NCBI GenBank assembly: GCA_044229655.1
Contig: JBGASM010000015.1
Span: 35,950 to 99,949 of the forward strand
Origin: Phycisphaerales bacterium
GTDB taxonomy: Bacteria > Planctomycetota > Phycisphaerae > Phycisphaerales > UBA5793
Length of the DNA: 64,000 nt
Reading direction: 5' to 3'
Part shown: in pieces, positions 1 through 11,841 of the stretch
Layout of the letters: the number at the start of each line of letters is the position of its first letter
Numbering within the stretch: the stretch's first letter is position 1
The notes under the pieces: generated by a model
Database searches by the model: none
What the model saw: only the letters and a program-made list of their open reading frames with translations
What the model was told of the DNA's origin: nothing
Position numbers and translations under genes: made by a program

Positions 1-402
1 CCACTCATCAAGCCCGAAATCCTTCGGCGGATTGCTCAGCGTCCCCAGCATCATTTGCCGGTACGGCTCCAGCGACTCCTTCGTCACCTGACGCACCTCC
101 GCCATCCGCGCCACTAGCCGATCTGCATCCGCCGGCCCGATTCCCTTGCGCACCGCAAAGACCACCAGGTGCGAAGCGTCCGCCACCTGCCGCTGACTCC
201 ACGAGTGCGCCACGAGTTTCTCCCGCACCGCCCGGTCCGTCACCACCACGAATCTCCATGGCTGCAGCCCGAACGACGACGGCGCGAGCACCAGCGCCTG
301 CTCCAGCGCGCTCCATTGGTCCGCAGGAATCCTCCGGGACGCATCAAACTTCTTCACCGCATAGCGCCAGTTCAACTGTTGAATGAGCGCATCAGACGTC
401 AT
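1..402 (-). CDS. Nitroreductase-family protein (NfsB/NfnB-like), C-terminus cut by window edge
   Basis: Own minus-strand translation from ATG 402-400 gives MTSDALIQQLNWRYAVKKFDASRRIPADQWSALEQALVLAPSSFGLQPWRFVVVTDRAVREKL... The pattern K-F-D...PSS-x-x-QPW-x-F-V-V is the classic NAD(P)H nitroreductase N-terminal pattern. It is absent from the ORF track because it runs off the edge. Confidence 0.8.
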   Translation of the reverse strand, partial: MTSDALIQQLNWRYAVKKFDASRRIPADQWSALEQALVLAPSSFGLQPWRFVVVTDRAVREKLVAHSWSQRQVADASHLVVFAVRKGIGPADADRLVARMAEVRQVTKESLEPYRQMMLGTLSNPPKDFGLDEW

Positions 403-468
403 GGTCCCGGACATGAATTCCCTTTCTTGGTGGATTGAAAATGGTGGTGTTCCAATGACTGAACCTGC

Positions 469-1227
469 TCACTGCGCCGTGAAACCGCCGTCGACCAGAA
501 GATCATGTCCCGTCACAAATGATGCCTCGGCCGAGCAGAGAAACAGTACCGGACCGGCGATTTCCTCGGCCTTGCCCGTCCTGCCGACCGGGTGCATCGC
601 GGCCAGTTGTGCGTGCCGCTCCGTGCCTACGCCGCCCGCAAAACGATCAAACATCGGCGTCTCGATCGCCGCCGGCGACACCGAATTCACCCGAATGTTC
701 TGCCGCGCTGTCTCGAGTGCCGCTGCTCTCGTCAACCCGATGACGGCATGTTTCGATGCGACATAGATGGACACCCCCGGCATCCCCACGGATCCCGCCA
801 CTGACGATGTGTTCACAATCGCCCCCCCTCCGGTTCGCATCATCGCCGGAATCTCATACTTCATCGAGAGAAGCACCCCCATCACGTTGATGTCGAACAC
901 CCTTCGATACTCCTCCACGCTCGCTTCCGGGAGCGGACCAGCCGACTCGATCCCCGCATTGTTGAATGCGCAATCCAGCCGCCCGAAGGTCGACATCGTC
1001 TCCTCAACCAGCCTCTTGACGTCCGCCTCTCGCGCGACGTCGGTCTCCACGAACTCAGCTTTCCCGCCCGCGCTTCTGATGCTCTCAACCAGCGCTTGCC
1101 CCTCGTTCGCACGCCGACCCGCGGCCACCACCGCAGCCCCTTCCCGCGCGAACGCCAGCGCCGTCGCCTTACCGATCCCTGAAGTGGCTCCCGTAATGAT
1201 CGCGACCTTGCCGGTAAATCTTCCCAT
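469..1227 (-). CDS. SDR-family oxidoreductase (short-chain dehydrogenase/reductase)
   Basis: 252-aa track ORF. It has the cofactor motif TGATSGIGKA (TGxxxGxG), NNAG, and the catalytic YxxxK (YVASKHAV). Confidence 0.92.
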   Translation of the reverse strand: MGRFTGKVAIITGATSGIGKATALAFAREGAAVVAAGRRANEGQALVESIRSAGGKAEFVETDVAREADVKRLVEETMSTFGRLDCAFNNAGIESAGPLPEASVEEYRRVFDINVMGVLLSMKYEIPAMMRTGGGAIVNTSSVAGSVGMPGVSIYVASKHAVIGLTRAAALETARQNIRVNSVSPAAIETPMFDRFAGGVGTERHAQLAAMHPVGRTGKAEEIAGPVLFLCSAEASFVTGHDLLVDGGFTAQ

Positions 1228-1338
1228 GGTGGTTCTCCTGTGCTGGATGAACTCCCCTCGCGCAGACCCGGAGAGTATGGGTGCACTCTTGCCGGTGCAA
1301 CCGCCCTGCCCCCGCTGATCAAATCTTCACGCTGGTGA

Positions 1339-3477
<2,139 letters not shown>

Positions 3478-3497
3478 TCCTGAAGGCCCGCGTCCAC

Positions 3498-5069
3498 TCA
3501 CTCCTCAAACCTCTTGCTCTCAATCTCAAACTCGTACAGCCCCGCCACATGCCCCGCGCTCTTGCCCGCCAGGTCAAACCGCGCAATCAATCCGGAAGGG
3601 TCCTCCACCCCCAGCGATCCCAGCACCCGGAACTTGTTCTCCAGGATGCCATACAAGTCCGCCGTCCGGTTTCGCGCGTGCCCCGCCGGATACATCACGA
3701 ATCCCGAGTCATGCGCCTTCCCCTCGCTGTCCGTGAGCACCAGCGATGTCGGAATCCCATCCGGGTAGTTCTTGTCGTACTCCGGCCCGCCGTGCTCAAA
3801 AGACATCTTCGCAATCAAGCCCCGCGTCACCGGGTTGTGCAGAGCCACTCGGTCATAGTCATAAGGCGTCAAGATCAGCGTCTTCCACCACTCGTCGTTC
3901 GTGCTTCCCAGTTTCGTCGTCCCACGCTGCTTCGCGAGATTGAGCGCCTTGGCCAGCATCGTCGCGATGATGTACACCATCGAGTGATCCGCAGACTGCC
4001 TCGTCTTCGGGTCGCGCTTTGCCGGATCGCCGATGATCCCGAACGCCGGCTCATACGCCTTGATGAGAATCGACTTGATCTTTCCGCCTTCCGCCTGCGC
4101 CAGCAGGTCCGGATGCTTGCTCAGGATGTCAATCACCCCCTGGATCGCCCCTGCGGACTGGTGCTCGTAGAGCCCCAGTTTGAAGTGCATCCCCATCACC
4201 GCAAAATCGCTCCCCGAATGCGTGAGCACCAGTTCAAACGGGCTCCGATCCCCCGTCGTCTTCTGGAAGTGCCGGAACACCGCCTCCGGATTCCTGAAGA
4301 TGTCCCGGGGCCCCAGGAACCCGCGCATCGACCGCAGCACCGACAGGATCGCCGCCTCCGTGCTGATCGCCGCGCTCGCGCCTTTCGAATCCGAGAGCTG
4401 CTTGCCCGCCCGGATCGCCCGGAACGGAATGTAATGCGCCACCGTCATTCCCACCGCCGACTCGATCTGCTCCGCCGTCGCCCCCATCATCGCCCCGAAC
4501 ACCACCGCCGATGCAATCGCCCCATGCACCACGTGGTCGATCTTGTACGACTTCAAACTGAACACTTCCGCCAGCCGCCCGCGAATCTCATCCAGCAGCA
4601 GCATCCCCCGCAGCGCTGCATCCCCGTCCAGACCCTTCAACTGGCACGCCGCGATCACCACCGGGTAAAAGTCATTGTGCCCGAATTCCCCAGCCACATG
4701 CCCCAGTGTCGGGTTGTACCCGAAGTTCGTCCCGTTCGAGTCCCACTCCCGCACCGCCGCGCTGTTCGCGACGATCGCTTTCTCCACGTGCACCCGGTGC
4801 GTCGAGCCGAATACCGGCGCTCCGTTGATGTTCGGATACTCTGCGGCCTCCGCACGCAGAACGGTCGGTGCGGACGTGCGCAGCGCGATCGCCGACACCC
4901 CGCAGATCACCGAGTCCGTATGAAACAGCGACACCCGTTTCAGCGCCGCCCCATCGGGCCGGCCGACCCGCCCGCCCATGAAGTCAATCGCAAACTTCGC
5001 CAGGCCCAGAGCCTGGTTGGAATCCGCCGGCAGATGCACCTGGTTCGTCGTGTCAATCTTCATGGCCAT
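3498..5069 (-). CDS. MmgE/PrpD-family protein (2-methylcitrate dehydratase-like)
   Basis: 523-aa ORF with uniform native codon bias. I recognise an overall resemblance to the PrpD/MmgE family from memory. There is no motif-level proof without a search. Confidence 0.7.
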   Translation of the reverse strand: MAMKIDTTNQVHLPADSNQALGLAKFAIDFMGGRVGRPDGAALKRVSLFHTDSVICGVSAIALRTSAPTVLRAEAAEYPNINGAPVFGSTHRVHVEKAIVANSAAVREWDSNGTNFGYNPTLGHVAGEFGHNDFYPVVIAACQLKGLDGDAALRGMLLLDEIRGRLAEVFSLKSYKIDHVVHGAIASAVVFGAMMGATAEQIESAVGMTVAHYIPFRAIRAGKQLSDSKGASAAISTEAAILSVLRSMRGFLGPRDIFRNPEAVFRHFQKTTGDRSPFELVLTHSGSDFAVMGMHFKLGLYEHQSAGAIQGVIDILSKHPDLLAQAEGGKIKSILIKAYEPAFGIIGDPAKRDPKTRQSADHSMVYIIATMLAKALNLAKQRGTTKLGSTNDEWWKTLILTPYDYDRVALHNPVTRGLIAKMSFEHGGPEYDKNYPDGIPTSLVLTDSEGKAHDSGFVMYPAGHARNRTADLYGILENKFRVLGSLGVEDPSGLIARFDLAGKSAGHVAGLYEFEIESKRFEE

Positions 5070-5282
5070 CCTCGCTGTGTGTCAATGCCGCAAGCCGCCG
5101 CCCGAAACGACGCACGCCTTACAACGTCTGAGAAGTGAAACTCGCCCGCAAGCGCCCTCGGCCGGCTGTGGAATCTTCGCCGCCGCCTATACTCGCAGTC
5201 CGCAAGTGTAGCCCGACTCACCCCTGTTTTTCGCAGCCGCACACACTCGCGAACACCCCACATCAAGCTCTTGGAAACTCAC

Positions 5283-6467
5283 ATGCCCGCCGCCGAATCC
5301 CCCGTCATCGTCTCCATCAAACGCACTCCCATCGGCCGCTTTATGGGCGGCCTCTCAAGGATTCCCGCCCCTCAGCTCGGCGCCCTTGTCGTCCGCTCCA
5401 TCCTCGCCGATCTCCCCGCCGTCAGGTCTGAAATCGATGAGTGCATCTTCGGCGTGGTCCTCCAGGCCGGGCTGGGCCAGAATCCCGCCCGTCAGGCCGG
5501 CATCAAGGGTGGCCTGACCAACTCCCTCAACGCCTTTACCGTCAACAAAGTCTGCGGCTCTTCCCTCAAGGCCATCATGCTCTCCGCCCAGGCCATCAAG
5601 GCCGGCGACGGCCACGTCTACATCGCCGGCGGCATGGAGAACATGTCCCTCGCCCCCCACATGGCCTACCTCCGCGCGGGCGTCAAGTACGGCGACACCA
5701 ACTTCACCGACCACATGCGCGCCGACGGTCTGCACTGCCCCTTCTGCGACTGGGGCATGGGCAACGCCGCCGAGTACATCGCCAAAACCTACGGCATCTC
5801 CCGCGCCGATCAGGATCGCTTCTCCGCCCAGAGCCACCAGCGCGCCGCCGCCGCCTGGGCGAACGCCTGGCCCAAGCCCACCATCGTCCCCATCACCGCC
5901 GCCGAAGCGGGCCAGAAAACCGATGTCGCGCAGGATGAAGGCATTCGCGCCGACTCCACCGCCGACGGCCTCTCCAAACTCCGCCCCGCCTTCGACAAGG
6001 AAGGCACCGTCACCGCCGGCAACGCCAGCCAGATTTCCGACGGCGCCGCCGCCGTCGTCGTCATGTCTGAGAGCAAGGCCAAGTCCCTCGGCATCAGGCC
6101 TCTGGCCCGCATCCTCTCCTACCACACCCACGGCGTCGACCCCAAGGAACTCTTCATCGCCCCCGTGGAAGCGATCCGCAGGTGCGTCGCCAAAGCCGGC
6201 CTCCGACTCGACCAGATCGACCTCTTCGAGATCAACGAGGCCTTCGCCGCCCAGATGCTCGCCGACATCAAGGTGCTCGAGATTCCCGAGAGCAAGGTGA
6301 ACATCGCCGGCGGCGGCATCGCCGTCGGTCACCCCATCGGCGCTTCCGGCGCCCGTGTCACCGTCACCCTCATCAATCAACTCATCCGCACCGGCGGCAA
6401 GTATGGCGTCGCATCCCTCTGTCTCGGCGGCGGCAACGCGGTCGCCATGTGCGTCGAACGACTCTGA
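5283..6467 (+). CDS. Acetyl-CoA C-acetyltransferase (thiolase II)
   Basis: 394 aa from ATG 5283; the track ORF begins at an upstream TTG at 5271. Thiolase signatures present: VNKVCGSSLKA (active-site Cys), NEAFAAQ, GGGIAVGHPIGASGAR, LCLGGGNAVAM. Confidence 0.95.
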   Translation: MPAAESPVIVSIKRTPIGRFMGGLSRIPAPQLGALVVRSILADLPAVRSEIDECIFGVVLQAGLGQNPARQAGIKGGLTNSLNAFTVNKVCGSSLKAIMLSAQAIKAGDGHVYIAGGMENMSLAPHMAYLRAGVKYGDTNFTDHMRADGLHCPFCDWGMGNAAEYIAKTYGISRADQDRFSAQSHQRAAAAWANAWPKPTIVPITAAEAGQKTDVAQDEGIRADSTADGLSKLRPAFDKEGTVTAGNASQISDGAAAVVVMSESKAKSLGIRPLARILSYHTHGVDPKELFIAPVEAIRRCVAKAGLRLDQIDLFEINEAFAAQMLADIKVLEIPESKVNIAGGGIAVGHPIGASGARVTVTLINQLIRTGGKYGVASLCLGGGNAVAMCVERL

Positions 6468-6470
6468 TCC

Positions 6471-7364
6471 TCACGGCTTCTGCCCGTTCATCGCCGTCAG
6501 CGCCAAATACAGGGCCTGCGTCCCCTTGCGCGACCACCCCTGCGCCGCCACCGCCCGATACAACTGCTCCGCCAGCGCCAGCCCCGGCACGGTCAGGTCC
6601 ATCCGCCGCGCTTCCTCCAACGCGATCCCCATGTCCTTGAGGAAATGCTCCACGTAAAACCCGGGCTCGAAATCTCCCTTCACGATCCTCGGCGCCAGGT
6701 TGCTCACCGCCCATGACCCCGCCGCACCCGACGACACCGCCTCCAGCACCTTCATCGGGTCCAGCCCCGCTTTCTGCGCGTAGAGCAGCCCCTCGCATAC
6801 GCCGATCATGTTCGTGGCGATGAGCATCTGATTCACCATCTTCGTGTGCTGCCCGCTGCCCGCGCCTCCCTGGTGCGTGATCTTCTGCCCCAGGTGCGCC
6901 AGCACCGGCCTTACCTCCTCCAGCGCCCCCGCTTCCCCGCCCACCATGATCGAAAGCGTCCCGTTCCGCGCCCCCACATCCCCTCCCGACACCGGACCAT
7001 CCAGCGCTGCTTTCCCCATGGCCCGCGCCGTCTCCGCAATCCTCCGCGCCAGTTCAGGCGATGACGTCGTCATGTCCATCATCACCTTTGGAACCGACTT
7101 CGAGGCGAAGATCCCCCGCTGCCCCTCAAAGTACGTGCTCTCCACATCGCGTGGATACCCCACCATCGTGATGATGAAGTCCGCTCCCGCATCCGCCACC
7201 GCACACGGCGAATCCGCCCACGCCGCCCCCTTGTCCACAAGCCCCTGCGCTTTTGCTTTCGTGCGGTTGTGAACCGTGACCCGATACCCCGCCGCCAGCA
7301 GCCGCCCCGCCATCGATGACCCCATCACTCCCGTCCCGATGAATCCGATGTGCGTAATGCTCAT
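6471..7364 (-). CDS. NAD(P)-dependent beta-hydroxyacid dehydrogenase (3-hydroxyisobutyrate dehydrogenase family)
   Basis: 297 aa. N-terminal Rossmann motif [13 protein letters not shown]. Length and layout are typical of the MmsB/GarR family. Confidence 0.88.
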   Translation of the reverse strand: MSITHIGFIGTGVMGSSMAGRLLAAGYRVTVHNRTKAKAQGLVDKGAAWADSPCAVADAGADFIITMVGYPRDVESTYFEGQRGIFASKSVPKVMMDMTTSSPELARRIAETARAMGKAALDGPVSGGDVGARNGTLSIMVGGEAGALEEVRPVLAHLGQKITHQGGAGSGQHTKMVNQMLIATNMIGVCEGLLYAQKAGLDPMKVLEAVSSGAAGSWAVSNLAPRIVKGDFEPGFYVEHFLKDMGIALEEARRMDLTVPGLALAEQLYRAVAAQGWSRKGTQALYLALTAMNGQKP

Positions 7365-7394
7365 GCCCGATTGTTGCGCTTTGGCGGGCTGCGT

Positions 7395-8000
7395 TCACGC
7401 CTTGTGCAGCGCCGGCCCTAATTCACTCAGTTCTCCCAGTTCAAATCCGCACTCCGGACAGTGTGTCGCCTGCGCCTCCAGCCCCTTCAGGTCATACCCG
7501 CATTGAGTGCACACATTCATCCCTCCGTCCCGCATCCGCCGCCACCGACTCTTCCGACTGACAAATCGCATGTAAAGGTCAATGCCGATGACGCCTCCGA
7601 ACACCACGGGCAGAAACATTAACCCACAAACAAGTGCCAAATTCGGAGAACTCTGGAGCGTGTACTGAATCGCCCACATACACGCGCCATACAGACTCCA
7701 ATAGGCTGTCGGCAGCAGGTAAGTCAGCATCAGGCGGCCGCGAGATTCCGTTGCCAAGCCAATCGTGCCGGTTGGAGCGCTGGCAGTTCCTGTGTCACTC
7801 CGTTTCGGCAAACGCGTTTCTGAGTCTTGCTGTCTGGCGATTACCCACCGCAAACACGAGACGCATGACGCAATAACGGCGAAGTCGATCAGAGTACTGG
7901 AGCTCACCGTGAAGACAGAACAGAGCCCAAAGTACACCCCTAAACCAACGACACCCCCACCGATGAATGCAAGATCCGATTTGGAGAATCGCTTCGTCAA
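7395..8000 (-). CDS. Four-TM membrane protein with C-terminal zinc-ribbon (CxxCGY...CPECG)
   Basis: The C-terminal part of track ORF 7395..8141 has four hydrophobic segments followed by CTQCGYDLKGLEAQATHCPECG. The upstream 126 nt of the track ORF overlap the HAD gene, so a start at TTG 8000 is proposed; this start is uncertain. Codon usage is atypical for the region. Confidence 0.6.
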   Translation of the reverse strand: MTKRFSKSDLAFIGGGVVGLGVYFGLCSVFTVSSSTLIDFAVIASCVSCLRWVIARQQDSETRLPKRSDTGTASAPTGTIGLATESRGRLMLTYLLPTAYWSLYGACMWAIQYTLQSSPNLALVCGLMFLPVVFGGVIGIDLYMRFVSRKSRWRRMRDGGMNVCTQCGYDLKGLEAQATHCPECGFELGELSELGPALHKA

Positions 8001-8014
8001 TCGATGGCGTCCTC

Positions 8015-8719
8015 TCAAAACTCCGTCAGCCACCTCACGACCGCAGCCACATCCGTGAAATCCTGCACCACAAAGTCCGCTCCCGCGCTCGCCAGTTGCT
8101 CTGCCGACCCGTGCCCCGTCGTAACGCCCAGGCACTTGCATCCGTGCGCCTTCGCGCAGTTCACATCGTGGATCGTGTCCCCCACGATCGCGATCCTCTC
8201 AAACTCGATCTCCGTCCCATGCAGTTCCGCAAACCGCCTCTTCCCCACCGGCGGCAGCGCATCCCGGCTCGGCCCATCCTCCGCCCACACGCACACGTCA
8301 AAATCATCCGGATTCACCCCCACCGACGCCAGCTTCAGCCGCCCGTTGGCCGCCCAGTTTCCCGTCAGCAATCCCAGCGTCACTCCGCCCTCCCGCGCCC
8401 CCTCGTGTGGCTTGAGCGCAGCGATGAGCTCGTTCACCGCCGGCAGCCTCCGCACCCGGTGCTTCCCCGATTCGATCCGCGCCCTCAAATAATGATGCGC
8501 CCGCGTGCGGAACGCCTTCTCACGCTCCGGCGTGATCTCGATTCCGTTCCGCTCCATGAGCGACTGAAAAATCAGCGAATCCAGCCTCCCCGCGTACGAC
8601 ACCGAATCATTCGTGAACGTCGGCCCGAAGAGTTCCACTCCCGCATCCTGAAACGCCGCCATTCCCGAACCGTCCCCGTGATACAACGTCCCGTCGATGT
8701 CAAAAAGTATGAGTCGCAT
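8015..8719 (-). CDS. HAD-superfamily hydrolase (phosphatase-like)
   Basis: 234 aa from ATG 8719. It has HAD motif I DIDGT (MRLILFDIDGTLY) and motif IV GDTIHD. The longer track ORF (to 9511) is a Gly/Ala-rich extension antisense to the next gene. Confidence 0.88.
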   Translation of the reverse strand: MRLILFDIDGTLYHGDGSGMAAFQDAGVELFGPTFTNDSVSYAGRLDSLIFQSLMERNGIEITPEREKAFRTRAHHYLRARIESGKHRVRRLPAVNELIAALKPHEGAREGGVTLGLLTGNWAANGRLKLASVGVNPDDFDVCVWAEDGPSRDALPPVGKRRFAELHGTEIEFERIAIVGDTIHDVNCAKAHGCKCLGVTTGHGSAEQLASAGADFVVQDFTDVAAVVRWLTEF

Positions 8720-8761
8720 GGTGAGCCGCCATTTTAGGTCGCCTTCGTATCCTTGTGCCCC

Positions 8762-9478
8762 ATGCCCTCCCGCCGCACCACCGCTTCCTCCGCACCCATC
8801 GCTCAGTTCATCGTCGCTGAGTTTTCCGCCTTGGCCGACCCTGTGAAGGCAGTCCCCATGGCCGCCTACATGAAGACCGACATGCCGTTCTACGGCATTC
8901 CCAAGCCGCTCCGCGTTCCCGTGTACCGCGACATGGCGAAGCGCTTCCCTCCCGCAGACATCCGCACCTGGCGTGCCAATGTTCGCGCCCTTTGGGAACT
9001 CCCCCGCCGCGAAGACAAGTACGCCGCCATCCACTACGCCGTGCACTTTTCCGACCTCCTCTCCCCCCGCGACCTCCCATTTCTCAAGCGCATGATCGAA
9101 GAAGGTGCATGGTGGGATCTCGTCGATGACATCGCCCCCCGACTCGTCGGCCGCCTCTGGCTTTCTCATCGTGCGGAAGTTGAGCCCGTCATGGATGAGT
9201 GGATCGACGACTCGCACCTCTGGGTCCGACGCAGCGCCATCATCGGTCAACTCTCCCACAAAAAACACACCGATAAAGACCGCCTCTATCGCTATTGCCT
9301 GCGCCGCGCCCACGAAAAAGAGTTCTTCATCCGCAAAGCCATCGGCTGGTCCCTTCGCCAATACTCCTACTCCAACCCCGCCGGCGTCAAACGCTTCCTC
9401 AAAACCAATCAGTCCCGTCTCTCCGGCCTCTCGCACCGCGAAGGCGCTAAGGCCCTCGTCCGCACCGGGAAAATGTAG
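8762..9478 (+). CDS. DNA alkylation repair protein (AlkD-like HEAT-repeat)
   Basis: 238 aa from ATG 8762. The segment pattern AYMKTDMPFYGIPKP...WWDLVD...RRSAII...FIRKAIGWSLRQ resembles the AlkD/DNA alkylation repair family as I remember it. Confidence 0.75.
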   Translation: MPSRRTTASSAPIAQFIVAEFSALADPVKAVPMAAYMKTDMPFYGIPKPLRVPVYRDMAKRFPPADIRTWRANVRALWELPRREDKYAAIHYAVHFSDLLSPRDLPFLKRMIEEGAWWDLVDDIAPRLVGRLWLSHRAEVEPVMDEWIDDSHLWVRRSAIIGQLSHKKHTDKDRLYRYCLRRAHEKEFFIRKAIGWSLRQYSYSNPAGVKRFLKTNQSRLSGLSHREGAKALVRTGKM

Positions 9479-9496
9479 TCTCTCCCCTCTCCGCGC

Positions 9497-10699
9497 ATGC
9501 GCATCCTCCACATTTCAACCCGGCTCATCCTCGGCGGCTCGCAGGAAAACACCGTCCTCTCCTGCGAAGGACAGGCATCCCTCGGCCACGAACTCCACCT
9601 CGCGTTCGGCCCCATCTACGGCCCCGAAGGCTCCCTCCTCCAGCGCGTTGAAAACTTCCGCACTCCGGATGGCAAGCCCATCACCACCCACGTCCTCCCT
9701 GACATGGTGCGCGAACTTTCGCCCCTCAAAGACCTCCGCGCCTACCGCCAGTGTCGCGCCTTGATCGAGAAACTCCAGCCCGATGTCGTCCACACCCACT
9801 CCTCCAAGGCCGGCATCCTCGGCCGCCTCGCAGCCTGGAGCCTCGCCGGGAAACACGGCAGACCCGCGGTCATTCACACCATTCACGGTCTTCCTTTCCA
9901 TCCCTATCAGGGCAGGACCGCCAACGCCCTCTACATCCTCTCCGAACGCTTCGCCGCCCATCGCTGCCACCGCATCGTTTCTGTCTGCGATGCCATGACC
10001 CGTCAGGCCCTTGCCGCCGGCGTCGGCTCACCGCCCCTCTTCACCACCGTCTATAGCGGCATGGAGATCGACTCCTTCATCAACCCCGGCATCTCCCGTG
10101 CCGACATCCGCCTCTCGCTCGGCTTTTCCGATTCCGACTTCGTGATCGGCACTGTCGCCCGCCTCGCCGAACTCAAGGGCCACGACGATCTCATTGATGC
10201 GCTCTCCCACTCCCTGCGCGCCAACCCCCACTGGAAACTTCTCTGGGTCGGCGATGGCTGGTGGCGCGATCGTCTCACCGCGCGCCTCAAAGACGCCGGC
10301 ATTGAAAGTCAGGTGGTCCTCACCGGCCTCGTCCCGCCCGAACACGTGGGCCGCTGCATCGCCGCCATGGACCTGCTCGTCCACCCCAGTTACCGCGAAG
10401 GTCTCCCCCGCACCCTTCCCCAAGCCCTTCTGGGTGCCTGTCCCGTCATCGCCTACGACCTCGACGGTGCGCCCGAAGTCTGCCTGCACGAACAAACCGG
10501 CCTGCTCGTCCCCGCCGGCGACCTCGCGTCACTCCGGGCCGCTGTCGAGTGGATGGCTTCCCACACCGCCGAGCGCGCCCGCATGGGCCGCACTGGCCGC
10601 GACCTCTGCCGCGTCCGCTTCTCCGCCTCTGAAATGGTGCGCCAGCTCGAACTCGTCTACGCAGCCGCCCTTGCCTCCCTCCCCACGCCTAATTCCTGA
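9497..10699 (+). CDS. Glycosyltransferase family 4 (GT-B fold)
   Basis: 400 aa. N-terminal MRILHISTRLILGGSQ, and C-terminal E-x7-E-like region PSYREGLPRTLPQALLGACPVIAYDLDGAPEV. Confidence 0.9.
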   Translation: MRILHISTRLILGGSQENTVLSCEGQASLGHELHLAFGPIYGPEGSLLQRVENFRTPDGKPITTHVLPDMVRELSPLKDLRAYRQCRALIEKLQPDVVHTHSSKAGILGRLAAWSLAGKHGRPAVIHTIHGLPFHPYQGRTANALYILSERFAAHRCHRIVSVCDAMTRQALAAGVGSPPLFTTVYSGMEIDSFINPGISRADIRLSLGFSDSDFVIGTVARLAELKGHDDLIDALSHSLRANPHWKLLWVGDGWWRDRLTARLKDAGIESQVVLTGLVPPEHVGRCIAAMDLLVHPSYREGLPRTLPQALLGACPVIAYDLDGAPEVCLHEQTGLLVPAGDLASLRAAVEWMASHTAERARMGRTGRDLCRVRFSASEMVRQLELVYAAALASLPTPNS

Positions 10700-11678
10700 C
10701 CACCCGCACCAGGGCCTGCGATGTCCGTCCTGCCTGCGCCGCCTGAAGTGTCACGCGCTTTCCGCCCATCGCCGTGCTGATCGTCTTGGTGATCGACGCC
10801 TCGCCCGCGCCGTTCGCTGTGGTGGCCCCCAGCATCGCCGGCGCCGCCAGATCCAGCGTCACGCCCAGGTCCGCAATCTCCGTCGCCCCGAACCCTGTGA
10901 GCGTCCCGTAGAACCGCACTTCCGCGCCCGCATCCGCTCCCGTCACCGAAACCGTGCAGTCCTGCCCCGCTCGCGGCAACGTCATCGCCAGCGGCAGGTC
11001 CGACGGATTCCCCGCAAACGCATCCGCCCAGACCACGCCCATCTTGTCATAGCCCGTCTGATTCGGGTGGATGCCGTCCGCCAGGTCGCTTGCCCCCAGC
11101 GCTGCATGCATGTCCACGAATCGGCAATCAAACCCGAGGTCCGCCCAGTGCTGCACAACCCCGGGGGTAAGCGCAGCGTACTGATCCGTCACCCGCGCGC
11201 GCTGGGTGCTGTCCGTGCGCAGGATGATCGACGCTGTATACACCGTCACCTCCGGGTCCGTCGTGAAAATCGTCTGCAGCAGGTTCCCAAGGTCCCACGC
11301 CACATGCCCCGCCGACTCGTTGTTAGAGATGTCGTTCGTCCCGATGTGCAGAAAAATCACGTCCGGTTGGTAGGTCTGCATCCAGCCGACAATGTTGTTG
11401 TCAATGTTGTTGACCCGCCAACCGCCATGACCCTCGTGATTCGAATCCGGCAGTTCCGGCCAGTCGCCCGCAAACGTCGAAGACCCCACAAAATCCACCG
11501 TGTACCCCCGTTGTCCCAGCAGGTTGTAGAGCGCAGTGCGATACCCGCCCGCCGTGCCTTGAGTAATCGAATCCCCAAGCGGCATCACCTTGAGCACCGG
11601 CGTCCCCGCGTCTGCCTGCCCCGCCAGCACACACGCCAGTCCGCCCGCCAACACCGCGCTCATTCCCAAGCCCTGCAT
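10689..11678 (-). CDS. Secreted SGNH/GDSL hydrolase with about 100-aa C-terminal beta-module
   Basis: 329 aa. Signal peptide, then block I GDSITQG, block III GHGGW, and block V-like DGIHPN. The C-terminal tail is shared with genes 43199..44428 and 44480..46078. Confidence 0.88.
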   Translation of the reverse strand: MQGLGMSAVLAGGLACVLAGQADAGTPVLKVMPLGDSITQGTAGGYRTALYNLLGQRGYTVDFVGSSTFAGDWPELPDSNHEGHGGWRVNNIDNNIVGWMQTYQPDVIFLHIGTNDISNNESAGHVAWDLGNLLQTIFTTDPEVTVYTASIILRTDSTQRARVTDQYAALTPGVVQHWADLGFDCRFVDMHAALGASDLADGIHPNQTGYDKMGVVWADAFAGNPSDLPLAMTLPRAGQDCTVSVTGADAGAEVRFYGTLTGFGATEIADLGVTLDLAAPAMLGATTANGAGEASITKTISTAMGGKRVTLQAAQAGRTSQALVRVVRN

Positions 11679-11841
11679 GATCCTGCTCCCTGAAAAAGCC
11701 TCATTGCGACGACTTCCGGAGAGTATGCGGCCGCGCGCTCGCTTCTCTCACCCAGGCATCTATTTATGCTGAAGCCCTGGCCTCGACCTGCCGATGTTTG
11801 AACTCGGAGGACCGTATAACGTATTTCCTCTCTGAACACAC

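Noticed and set aside
3549-5138. 529-aa plus-strand ORF overlapping the PrpD-family gene
   Set aside because: It is extremely Arg/His/Pro-rich (RRxxHR runs) with no motif. It is the antisense frame of a well-behaved gene, a typical high-GC artefact.
7231-7239. Perfect high-GC-type DnaA box TTGTCCACA
   Set aside because: It is a single isolated copy inside the dehydrogenase coding region, 30 kb from the skew switch, with no cluster.
8720-9511. N-terminal 264-aa extension of the HAD ORF (track ORF 8015..9511)
   Set aside because: It is Gly/Ala/Asp-rich low complexity and antisense to the AlkD-like gene. A clean MRLILFDIDGT start exists at 8719.
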